15,658 nt of DNA from a bacterium (GTDB lineage: Bacteria; BMS3Abin14). A model generated the notes under the pieces. It ran no database searches and was not told where the DNA came from. It saw only the letters and a program-made list of their open reading frames with translations. The stretch is from positions 1,884,429 through 1,900,086 of the forward strand of contig CP070698.1 in assembly GCA_020349685.1 (NCBI GenBank), read 5' to 3'. Of the stretch, positions 7,227-14,685 are shown piece by piece. Position 1 is the stretch's first letter, and each line of letters starts with the position of its first letter. The translations under genes were made by a program, and so were the position numbers.

Positions 7227-8540
7227 ATGATAAAAAATCCATCTCCAAGGCGTAATGTGCATCTCCTGGGAAAAAAACGGCCCAGGTTCCGTTACCTTCT
7301 TCTCATTCTCCTTGGCTTTGTTGTTCTGTGCGTCAGCAGCCCCAACACCCCTCCGCTGACAGAGCCCTTGGAGCAGGAAGCCCTTTTTCCGGAGGAGGTC
7401 TCACCTCTGGTCCAGGAAGACATGCCCATCGAGTCTCCCGTTACCGTTGAGGAGGAACTCGTTCAGCGCGGCGACACCCTCTATGACATCCTCCGCGCGA
7501 AGAAATTGCCCGAGTCCAAGATCCTGGCCGCCGCTCAGTTAAAGGTCGATGATATCACCCCTTCCAGGCTCGTGGCAGGCAGGAGCTACCGGCTTTACAT
7601 CAGGGACGGCGAGGTCACCGAATATCAGTATGAACCGGACGACAAGAGGATCCTGAGGATCCTCTTTGAAAGCGAACCCCCGGTGATGCATTTGGAACCG
7701 ATCCCCTACCAGGTTTTCCGGGTTCCCGTTTCGGGAATCATCCAGGATTCCCTTTTCGCGGCTGTGGAGGCCGCGGGCGAAAAGGCGGCGCTGGCCATGG
7801 ACCTGGCCGATCTCTTCGCCTGGCAGGTGGACTTTTACAGGGATCTGAGAGGCGGGGATTCCTTTACGGTTCTGGTGGACAAGTATTACCGCGACGGGAA
7901 CTTCGTCGGGTACGGGAAGATCCATGCCGCCCGTTTTATAAACAACGGGGACACGTATACCGGATTCCTCTTTACTCCCGGGGATGGCCGGGAAGACTAT
8001 TTCGACGAAAACGGTGACAGCCTGAGAAAGCAGTTCCTTAAATCTCCGCTCAGGTTCCGCCGCATCAGTTCCGGTTTTTCCAACAGGAGGCTGCATCCCG
8101 TCACGGGGAAGGTGTCAGCCCACCTCGGGGTCGATTACGCGGCCTCCACGGGGACACCCGTCATGTCCATCGGCGACGGTAAAGTCCTTTTCAAAAAGTA
8201 CGACAATGTCAACGGGAGGATCATAAAGATCAGGCACAACGGGACCTACTCCACCGCCTATGCCCACTTGAACAGCTTTGCAAAGGGGATCGGTACGGGC
8301 AGCCGTGTCCGCCAGGGGCAGGTCATCGGATATGTGGGCAGGTCGGGAAGGGCGACCGGACCTCACCTGCACTTCGCCATGTACAAGAACGGCAGGTACG
8401 TCGATCCGCGGCGCATCAGCGTGCCCAGGGCTTCAAGCGTGCCCGACGCTGACCGGTTAGCCTTCGAACAGAAGGTCAAGGAGACGTTCCCCCTCCTGGA
8501 AAACGGCCATCGCGAGCAGACCATGGCGGGCGGTATCTGA
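7227..8540 (+). CDS. M23-family peptidoglycan DD-endopeptidase (MepM/YebA/Csd3-like)
   Basis: Basic N-terminus plus TM segment; LysM/OapA-like VQRGDTLYDIL; middle domain AWQVDFYRDLRGGDSF; catalytic HLGVD (HxxxD), YAHL and GPHLHF (HxH). ATG 7227 chosen as it lies just after the upstream stop. Confidence 0.92.
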   Translation: MIKNPSPRRNVHLLGKKRPRFRYLLLILLGFVVLCVSSPNTPPLTEPLEQEALFPEEVSPLVQEDMPIESPVTVEEELVQRGDTLYDILRAKKLPESKILAAAQLKVDDITPSRLVAGRSYRLYIRDGEVTEYQYEPDDKRILRILFESEPPVMHLEPIPYQVFRVPVSGIIQDSLFAAVEAAGEKAALAMDLADLFAWQVDFYRDLRGGDSFTVLVDKYYRDGNFVGYGKIHAARFINNGDTYTGFLFTPGDGREDYFDENGDSLRKQFLKSPLRFRRISSGFSNRRLHPVTGKVSAHLGVDYAASTGTPVMSIGDGKVLFKKYDNVNGRIIKIRHNGTYSTAYAHLNSFAKGIGTGSRVRQGQVIGYVGRSGRATGPHLHFAMYKNGRYVDPRRISVPRASSVPDADRLAFEQKVKETFPLLENGHREQTMAGGI

Positions 8541-8544
8541 GACG

Positions 8545-11319
8545 ATGTCCTACGTCAAGCAGATCCTTGCCTTCGACAAGGAAAACCTCCTCGACATTCT
8601 TCACTACCTCGTCAAAGAGATCGCAGGAATCAGCGATCTGCCTGACATCAGGGCCTACATGGAGGATATGCGCGGCGGCGCCCTCGAGTGCCTGTATACC
8701 TCTGATGGGGAGCTCGAGCGCAAGGGAGCCAGGATCCCGATGCAGATGCGCGATAACTCCCTTGTTAAATCCTATCTGGAATCCAGGATCCTGGACGGTG
8801 TCGTCCTGGGATCCGGCACGGATGACCTGCACAGGGAATGGTACGCGGAAAAGAAGGTTGTCAGCTCGGCCATATTCCCCCTCCTCCATGCCGGCCGTTC
8901 CATAGGGGTCATCAGCCTCGATGCGACCCATGATTACGGTGAGGTTCTGAGCAATCAGCAGCGAGAGGAGATCCGGCAGGTTCTCAAAAGGGTCATGCCG
9001 ACCCTGGCCCGGGCCCACCGCTTCAACCAGAAGATGATGCTCAACCGGTACCTGGACCGGCTACGGAAAAGGGACGCCGCGAGGATCCTGCTCCAGGGCA
9101 GCTTCGAACTGGACCTTTCTCTGGATATAGCCTCCGTGCTTGTTTCGGCGGTCTCGCCCGTGCCTGAGGCGCTCAGGGCTCAGCGTGGAGGCTACATGGA
9201 GGTTCTCGCCGCCGCGTCAAAAAGCGCCTCCGATCTCAGTGTCTACGAAACCCTGGAGCGGATCAGCATCCAGGAGGGAAAAAGCCTCCTTTCCAGGCTG
9301 GTCATGCAGGATGGGGACAGGATCATCAGGCGGCAGGGGGCCCCGGCGACCCTTTTTTTCGAGGATATCCTTGTTGAGAATTTCGAGCGTTGGGACGTGT
9401 TCAACAAGCTGGCACTCAAAACGCTCCTCATGGTGCCGGTCGAGGGGGAGAGCGGCGAGATAATCTGCGTCGTCAACTACTTTACCAAGCGCCCCCACCG
9501 TTATTCCGAATCAGAGCTCAAGCTCCTCACTGGACATGCACGTACCCTGAGCGAGGGGATCACGGACGTGGCCGTGGAGCACTTCGAGATCAGGGTTCTC
9601 ACGGAGATCGAGGAGCTCCTCGCGGAGGATACCGAACTGCCGGTGTTCCTCGGGAAGGTCGTGTCCCGGGCCGTGGAGCTTGCCGGTGCCGATTCCGGCA
9701 CCATCGCCCTTGTCAGGGAGCGGGACCAGCGAAGATGGCTTGTCGTGGAGGATGAGGAAGGGCGGATCGTGGGGGCCAAGTCCCATGACTGGCGGAAGGC
9801 AAGGATCCCTATCCTGAGGGTAGGGGGAGAGGAACTCCCTCCTGAACTGCGCTCGCTCACCGGATATGTCGCCTTCACGGGCAAACCCTACATGTGTCCG
9901 GACACGGAGGCGGAAAGCGCACGGGGAGGGTTTTACAGGGATCTTGCCTCGGACATCCAGTCTGAGCTGGCGGTTCCCATCATGGTCGGGGAGAACGTTA
10001 TCGGCGTCATCAACCTGGACAGCTACAGGAAGAACTACTTCGGTTCCGAACACCAGGGCATCCTTCAGCTCGTTTCACGCCTCATTTCCAGCCGCATAGC
10101 GGATTACCTCAAGATCACCGCACTCAGGGGAAAAGTGGAGCGCCTGCAAAAGGAGGTCTCCTACAAGGATCCAGGGGTCAGCTCCTACCTTCTGGGGAAC
10201 ATCATCGGAAAGAGTGACGCATCTCTCAGACTCGTGGAGCGCATCGGACGGTTGACGGTCCCGCTGACCAACCGCCTCTCAAACTGGAGGCGAGGTGGCG
10301 AAAAAGAGCTGGAACTGGGGCTGCCCACACTTCTCATCACGGGGGAGACGGGCGTAGGAAAAGAGTTCGTTTTCAACAACCTCTACAGCCTCCTCAACGA
10401 GAAGTACAGGGTGGGTGGAAAGCTGGCGGGGGAGCTGCCGCTGAGGAAGACGAACATCGCCGCCTTCACGGGGGAGCTGACCTACACGGAGCTGTTCGGC
10501 CACCGGAAGGGAGCCTATACCGGCGCTCACGCAGACCGAACAGGCATCCTCGAAGAAGCCGATGGCGGCATCGTGTTCCTGGACGAGATCGGGGACGCCG
10601 ACCTGAAAACCCAGGTCCAGCTCCTTCGCTTTTTAGATTCCGGAGAATTTACGAGATTAGGCGACAGCCGCCTTCGCAGGAGCCGTGTCATCTTCGTTGC
10701 GGCCACCAACAGGGATCTTTCCCTGGAGATCTCCCGCGGCATGTTCAGGGAAGACCTTTACCATCGTCTGAGCGAGATGACCCTCAGGGTTCCTCCCCTT
10801 CGCGAACGGAGGGATGATATCCCGGATCTCGCCAAGCATTTTCTGGGCCGCCTTCACGCCACCTATGGCCTGGAGGGAAAGGTTCCCGTCCTGACAAGGG
10901 AGGCTGTGGCCTGCCTCCGTGAACTGGACTATCCCGGAAACATCAGGCAGCTGGTGACCGTTCTGCAGGGAGCCCTCTTCGAGAGTTCCGGGAGCGTCAT
11001 AGGTCCGGAGGAAATACGCCGCTTCCTTGCCCTCGGGCAGGCGGATGAGAGGGATGCCACGGATGGGGCCGTCGGCATATATAACCGCATTCGGAAGGGC
11101 GAGGGCGACTTCTGGGACCTGGTGCACGGACCCTTCATGGAAAGGGATGTGACGCGCCAGGATGTTCTGGAGATCTACAGGATGGCCCATGGAGAGGGTG
11201 GCGGGGTCAAGGGTGCCGCACGCCTGCTCAGGGCCGTCCCGGAGGGGGGGGAGGAGGGGGCGCTGATGAAGTTCAGGAACTTCATGTACAAAACTGTCGG
11301 ACTGGGACGTGAAAAATAG
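8545..11319 (+). CDS. Multi-GAF sigma54-interacting AAA+ transcriptional regulator (bacterial enhancer-binding protein)
   Basis: Three GAF-like segments (SAIFPLLHAGRSIGVISLD; LMVPVEGESGEIICVVNY; SELAVPIMVGENVIGVINLDS). Walker A GETGVGKE, ELFGHRKGAYTGA, Walker B FLDEIG, AATNRDL, FREDLYHRL and YPGNIRQL. Confidence 0.9.
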   Translation: MSYVKQILAFDKENLLDILHYLVKEIAGISDLPDIRAYMEDMRGGALECLYTSDGELERKGARIPMQMRDNSLVKSYLESRILDGVVLGSGTDDLHREWYAEKKVVSSAIFPLLHAGRSIGVISLDATHDYGEVLSNQQREEIRQVLKRVMPTLARAHRFNQKMMLNRYLDRLRKRDAARILLQGSFELDLSLDIASVLVSAVSPVPEALRAQRGGYMEVLAAASKSASDLSVYETLERISIQEGKSLLSRLVMQDGDRIIRRQGAPATLFFEDILVENFERWDVFNKLALKTLLMVPVEGESGEIICVVNYFTKRPHRYSESELKLLTGHARTLSEGITDVAVEHFEIRVLTEIEELLAEDTELPVFLGKVVSRAVELAGADSGTIALVRERDQRRWLVVEDEEGRIVGAKSHDWRKARIPILRVGGEELPPELRSLTGYVAFTGKPYMCPDTEAESARGGFYRDLASDIQSELAVPIMVGENVIGVINLDSYRKNYFGSEHQGILQLVSRLISSRIADYLKITALRGKVERLQKEVSYKDPGVSSYLLGNIIGKSDASLRLVERIGRLTVPLTNRLSNWRRGGEKELELGLPTLLITGETGVGKEFVFNNLYSLLNEKYRVGGKLAGELPLRKTNIAAFTGELTYTELFGHRKGAYTGAHADRTGILEEADGGIVFLDEIGDADLKTQVQLLRFLDSGEFTRLGDSRLRRSRVIFVAATNRDLSLEISRGMFREDLYHRLSEMTLRVPPLRERRDDIPDLAKHFLGRLHATYGLEGKVPVLTREAVACLRELDYPGNIRQLVTVLQGALFESSGSVIGPEEIRRFLALGQADERDATDGAVGIYNRIRKGEGDFWDLVHGPFMERDVTRQDVLEIYRMAHGEGGGVKGAARLLRAVPEGGEEGALMKFRNFMYKTVGLGREK

Positions 11320-11326
11320 AGGGTAA

Positions 11327-11454
11327 TGCGGCTCGCACTAATACATCATCTGCTTCGTTATCGCCCCTCGGAAATCCTCGACGTATGTCAGCATATACGC
11401 CTCCGGTTTCCTCAGGACTCTGGCCTCGGATCTAATGCACTATTGCGAGCCTCA
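11327..11454. mobile_element. MITE-like palindromic element (~128 bp) with imperfect terminal inverted repeats
   Basis: Left arm TGCGGCTCGCACTAATACATCA (11327-11348) matches the reverse complement of 11433-11454 at 17/22 positions. Nested inner stems GGAAATC/GGTTTCC and CGTAT/ATACG. No coding capacity. Confidence 0.6.
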
Positions 11455-11549
11455 AAAGCGCGGGTGTTCATGATGCACAATTGCATGCCTTGAATCCCAA
11501 TATCTGGTGTCTGGCAATATCGTGCACCATTGCGACTATTTTAAAAATT

Positions 11550-11583
11550 TGGAATCTGGAATATGGAATCTGGAATTCGAATC
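11550..11583. repeat. Heptamer tandem repeat (TGGAATH)
   Basis: TGGAATC TGGAATA TGGAATC TGGAATT CGAATC. Confidence 0.85.
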
Positions 11584-11601
11584 AAAAAAAAGGACAAAGG
11601 A

Positions 11602-12090
11602 ATGTTCTACGCGACCATGATCTTCGGCGTCCTGGCGGCCGTGCTCCTGTCCATCGGTTATTTCAGGGGGGAGGGGCAGCACATCGCCGGCTTGAAGGCA
11701 GGCTTTAATATCCTGATCCAGATCCTTCCCCTCCTGTTTCTGGCGTTCATCGTGGCCGGGATGGTGCAGGTCCTCATACCAAGGGAGGTCATCGGTCAAT
11801 GGGTGGGCGCCGAGTCGGGCTGGAGGGGGATCCTTATCGGCACAGCGGCCGGAGGGTTGACCCCTGGGGGGCCCTTCGTGTCCATGCCCATGGTTGCCGG
11901 ATTTTTCAGGGCCGGCGCGGGATACGGGACCATGGTGGCCTACATCACCGCCTGGTCTCTCCTTTCGGTGGCCCGCCTCCCCATGGAGGTCGGCATCCTC
12001 GGCTGGCGCTTCACCGCCGTCCGCCTCGCGTGCACCTGGTTCATGGCGCCCCTCGCTGGTTTTATCGCGAATGCGTTCTTTAAAATATGA
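11602..12090 (+). CDS. DUF318/ArsP-like predicted permease, short form (~162 aa)
   Basis: Highly hydrophobic, with family-like motifs LIPREVIGQWVGAESGWRGILIG, TPGGPFVSMP and RLPMEVGILGWRF. ATG 11602 preferred because the longer ORF start (11563) lies inside the heptamer repeat. Confidence 0.8.
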   Translation: MFYATMIFGVLAAVLLSIGYFRGEGQHIAGLKAGFNILIQILPLLFLAFIVAGMVQVLIPREVIGQWVGAESGWRGILIGTAAGGLTPGGPFVSMPMVAGFFRAGAGYGTMVAYITAWSLLSVARLPMEVGILGWRFTAVRLACTWFMAPLAGFIANAFFKI

Positions 12091-12109
12091 GGCGATAAAA
12101 CCAATATAT

Positions 12110-12213
12110 ATCTCAAATCTCAGATCTCAGGTCTCAGAAAAAGCTTAAAACATTTAAGGACCAACAACATAAAGTCTTGTTTTCTTTGAGATTTGAAATC
12201 TGAGATTTGAGAT
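12110..12213. repeat. Inverted heptamer arrays between convergent genes (long hairpin, possible terminator)
   Basis: ATCTCAA ATCTCAG ATCTCAG GTCTCAG (12110-12137) versus TTGAGAT TTGAAAT CTGAGAT TTGAGAT (12186-12213). The outer 16 bp are perfectly complementary. Confidence 0.85.
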
Positions 12214-12218
12214 TCGAC

Positions 12219-12503
12219 TTAATTAACTGTCCCCGTGAATTTGGGCTCCTCCCCAGGCACCGATATCTCACCGTAGTGGGCTTCATATTTCCCGACGTTC
12301 TCCATCAGCGCCATGGCGAACTGTTTGACGTGGCTGGGGGATGTGATGACCCTTGAAACCACCTTTCGCCTGCCGCCGGGCAGGGACATCATGAAGTCCA
12401 GAATGAACTCGGTGGGCGAATGCATGACGGTCGCGGCGTTGGAGTACCGGCCTGACTCCTCGGCCGGGTCGATGTGGATGACAGCTCTCTTTTCTTCGGA
12501 CAT
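12219..12503 (-). CDS. DUF3467 domain-containing protein (94 aa)
   Basis: Pattern G.YSN...V.HSPTEFILDF...V.SRVITSP.H.K....AL.ENV.KYE..YGEI is typical of the family. AGGAGG SD (complement of 12511-12516) precedes ATG at 12503. The upstream extension in the ORF track is translated repeat DNA. Confidence 0.88.
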   Translation of the reverse strand: MSEEKRAVIHIDPAEESGRYSNAATVMHSPTEFILDFMMSLPGGRRKVVSRVITSPSHVKQFAMALMENVGKYEAHYGEISVPGEEPKFTGTVN

Positions 12504-12535
12504 GGGAAATCCTCCTCTCTCACAGGAGGGTACCA

Positions 12536-12644
12536 GTGAAAAGGGGAATGGGGAAAGGGGAAAGTGGAAAATAGAGCCTTCCACAAGGTTCAGGCTGGCA
12601 ATTGGAGAATGGAAAATAGAGAATGGAGATTGGAGAATGGAGAT
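12536..12644. repeat. Two purine-rich heptamer tandem arrays
   Basis: GTGAAAA GGGGAAT GGGGAAA GGGGAAA GTGGAAA (12536-12570) and TGGAGAA TGGAAAA TAGAGAA TGGAGAT TGGAGAA TGGAGAT (12603-12644). Confidence 0.85.
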
Positions 12645-12660
12645 CAAGGGGTCGATCCTT

Positions 12661-12731
12661 GGGGATGAGGTGATGAAGGCTCCTTCGGTGTAATTACTTC
12701 CCCGAAACCCCTTTACCCCGATACACCGATA
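12661..12731. repeat. Octamer tandem repeats
   Basis: GGGGATGA GGTGATGA (12661-12676) and CCCCGAAA CCCCTTTA CCCCGATA CACCGATA (12700-12731). Confidence 0.6.
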
Positions 12732-12745
12732 ACCAAATTGCTCGG

Positions 12746-13180
12746 TTAACCGCCCTGCTCCTCGCAGACGATCTCGACGATCCTGCTGCCGCCTGATTTC
12801 TTCGCCTGGTACATGGCCTCGTCCGCGCACTGAATGAGGCCCTGGACACTTTCACATCTGCCCAGGAGCGCCAGACCGATACTTAAGGTCAGAGGGTTGC
12901 TGATCTGGTTTTCCAGGTTGAGGATGATCCTGTCGAGGGTTTTAGATGCCTGCTTCAGGTCAGTTTCCGGGAAGACGGGCATGAACTCGTCTCCCCCGTA
13001 ACGATAGGCGCTGTCGGTCCCTTTGCGGATGGAAGCCCTGATGACGGAGGCGATCTCGGCCAGGGCCTCGTCCCCCTTGAGATGCCCGTGGGTGTCATTG
13101 TAGGTCTTGAAATTGTCCAGATCGAGAAGGGCGACGCTAAGATCCCTTGAGGCCCTGACGGCGCGCGAGATCTCCTTTTG
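12746..13180 (-). pseudogene. GGDEF diguanylate cyclase domain, 5'-truncated (probable remnant)
   Basis: LLDLDNFKTYNDTHGHLKGDEAL, YRYGGDEF, SIGLA and ADEAMYQAK are present. The N-terminal D.LTGL.NR segment is missing and no nearby in-frame ATG with an SD is seen; the frame upstream reads through a hexamer repeat. Confidence 0.7.
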
Positions 13181-13227
13181 CCCCGGATCGGCAAGGGGAA
13201 AGTGGGGGGAAGAGACATTCCCTTTTT

Positions 13228-13335
13228 GACCTGGACCTAGACCTAGACCTAGACCTAAAGCGAGAGCTGGACCTGGAACTGGATTCGGATCGGGACTTAG
13301 GCCTTGACTAGGACCAGGACTAGGACTAGGACTAA
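13228..13335. repeat. Degenerate hexamer tandem repeat, 18 units
   Basis: GACCTG (GACCTA)x4 AAGCGA GAGCTG GACCTG GAACTG GATTCG GATCGG GACTTA GGCCTT GACTAG GACCAG GACTAG GACTAG GACTAA; unbroken period of 6. Confidence 0.9.
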
Positions 13336-13370
13336 CATAATACCCAGAGCCACCAACCGGGAATGCCCGC

Positions 13371-14678
13371 ATGTCCTCAAAATTACATATAGAAAACACA
13401 GGCTCTAAAAAGACCTTCGTCCGCATCGAAAAGCTGGTGCCGGGGGGGGACGGGCTCGGTCACCTGGACGGTAAGGCCGTTTTCGTTCCTCTGACAGCAC
13501 CGGGAGACCTGGTCTCCCTCCGTCATGTCCGCCGCCGAAAAGGGGTGTTTTTCGCCGAGGTCGAGGAGGTCGTCGAAGGGGCTTCCAGCCGCAGGGAGCC
13601 GCCCTGCCCGTGGTTCGGGGACTGCGGCGGGTGCCAGTGGATGCACCTGGATTACCCGTCCCAGATCCACTGGAAGGAGGAGATCTTCAGGCAGGCCATG
13701 AGGGGGATCGCCCACCTCCGGGAGAGGCTCCCCGTCCTGGTCCACCAGGCTCCGGGGGAGTTTGGGTACCGCTTCCGGGCCAGGCTGCAGATCAGGGGAA
13801 CAGCTGTCGGGTTTTATCGGCGCGCTTCTGACCGCGTCGTTTCCTGGGAACGGTGCCTGCTTCTGCCGGAGGCTTTGAATGGCGTGACAAGGCAGTTGAG
13901 AGGCTTTTTTAAGGGAAACGAACCGCCTCCGGCCCTCGAATCCTGCGAGATCGCCCTCAGTCCGGTGGAGAGAACCGTGACCTTGAACTGGAACTTCTCC
14001 AACGACCGGGAGGTGGGAGAGGCGGCCCGGATTATCATGGACGGCATGGAGAACCTCCTTTCCGGCGGGGAGTGCGTACTGGCCGGTCAGGCTGCCCGCA
14101 ATTTACGCGGAACGGTCCTGGCGGAGAGAGGCAGGGGACTGACCCTCGAGATCGACGGGGTCCGCACGACGGCTTCGCCGGGGACCTTCTTTCAGGTCAA
14201 CCCGGAGGTTAACGCCGTCCTGGTGCGAAGAGTCATGGAGCATCTTCGCTCTGAGGGTTCGACATCCCTGCTCGACCTTTACTGCGGCAACGGCAATTTC
14301 AGTCTCGCCTCCGCGGCCGCTGGGATCAGGACCGTGGGTGTCGAAAGCTCAGCGGGAGCGGTGCGCGACGCGGTTTCCCGCTCGGTTCAGGGCAGCCTTT
14401 TCATCGCCATGGACGCCGCCAAATACCTGGAGCAGGACCAGGAAAAACCCGACGCCGTCATCGTTGATCCGCCGAGGACGGGCTTGCCATCCAAGGTGAG
14501 CAGCCTGCTGGGGGAAAGGAAGGTCCCTTTGCTCATCTATGTTTCCTGCGATCCTTCCACCCTCGCCAGGGATCTTGCCCGTTTGACCGCGGACGGATAC
14601 CATGTCTGTGCCATGGAACTTTTTGACATGTTCCCCCAGTCCTTCCACTCGGAGGCGCTGGTCGTGATGAAAAGGTGA
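13371..14678 (+). CDS. rlmD: 23S rRNA (uracil-C5)-methyltransferase, RlmD/RumA/TrmA family
   Basis: TRAM-like N-terminus (VFVPLTAPGD), Fe-S motif CPWFGDCGGC, FFQVN, LDLYCGNG, VDPPRTG, catalytic YVSCDP and DMFPQ..H.E. Confidence 0.9.
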   Translation: MSSKLHIENTGSKKTFVRIEKLVPGGDGLGHLDGKAVFVPLTAPGDLVSLRHVRRRKGVFFAEVEEVVEGASSRREPPCPWFGDCGGCQWMHLDYPSQIHWKEEIFRQAMRGIAHLRERLPVLVHQAPGEFGYRFRARLQIRGTAVGFYRRASDRVVSWERCLLLPEALNGVTRQLRGFFKGNEPPPALESCEIALSPVERTVTLNWNFSNDREVGEAARIIMDGMENLLSGGECVLAGQAARNLRGTVLAERGRGLTLEIDGVRTTASPGTFFQVNPEVNAVLVRRVMEHLRSEGSTSLLDLYCGNGNFSLASAAAGIRTVGVESSAGAVRDAVSRSVQGSLFIAMDAAKYLEQDQEKPDAVIVDPPRTGLPSKVSSLLGERKVPLLIYVSCDPSTLARDLARLTADGYHVCAMELFDMFPQSFHSEALVVMKR

Positions 14679-14685
14679 GCCGCCC

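Noticed and set aside
11511-11536. Possible sigma54 promoter (TGGCAATATCGTGCA; reverse strand TGGTGCACGATATTGC)
   Set aside because: GG-to-GC spacing is 9 nt on + and 11 nt on -, not the required 10.
11481-11601. ORF 11481-11708 and the longer permease start at 11563
   Set aside because: Both translate the TGGAATH repeat (IWNLEYGIWN; MESGIRI) and lack an SD.
12504-12830. N-terminal extension of the DUF3467 ORF, and + strand ORF 12313-12693
   Set aside because: Low-complexity translations of heptamer repeats or antisense DNA; a strong SD supports the start at 12503.
12955-13218. Minus-strand ORF from ATG 13218 as a frameshifted start of the GGDEF gene
   Set aside because: Its first residues (MSLPPTFPLPIRG) do not restore the missing D.LTGL.NR segment, so a simple frameshift does not explain the truncation.
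13228-13335. CRISPR array
   Set aside because: Units are 6 nt with no unique spacers, and no cas genes are present.
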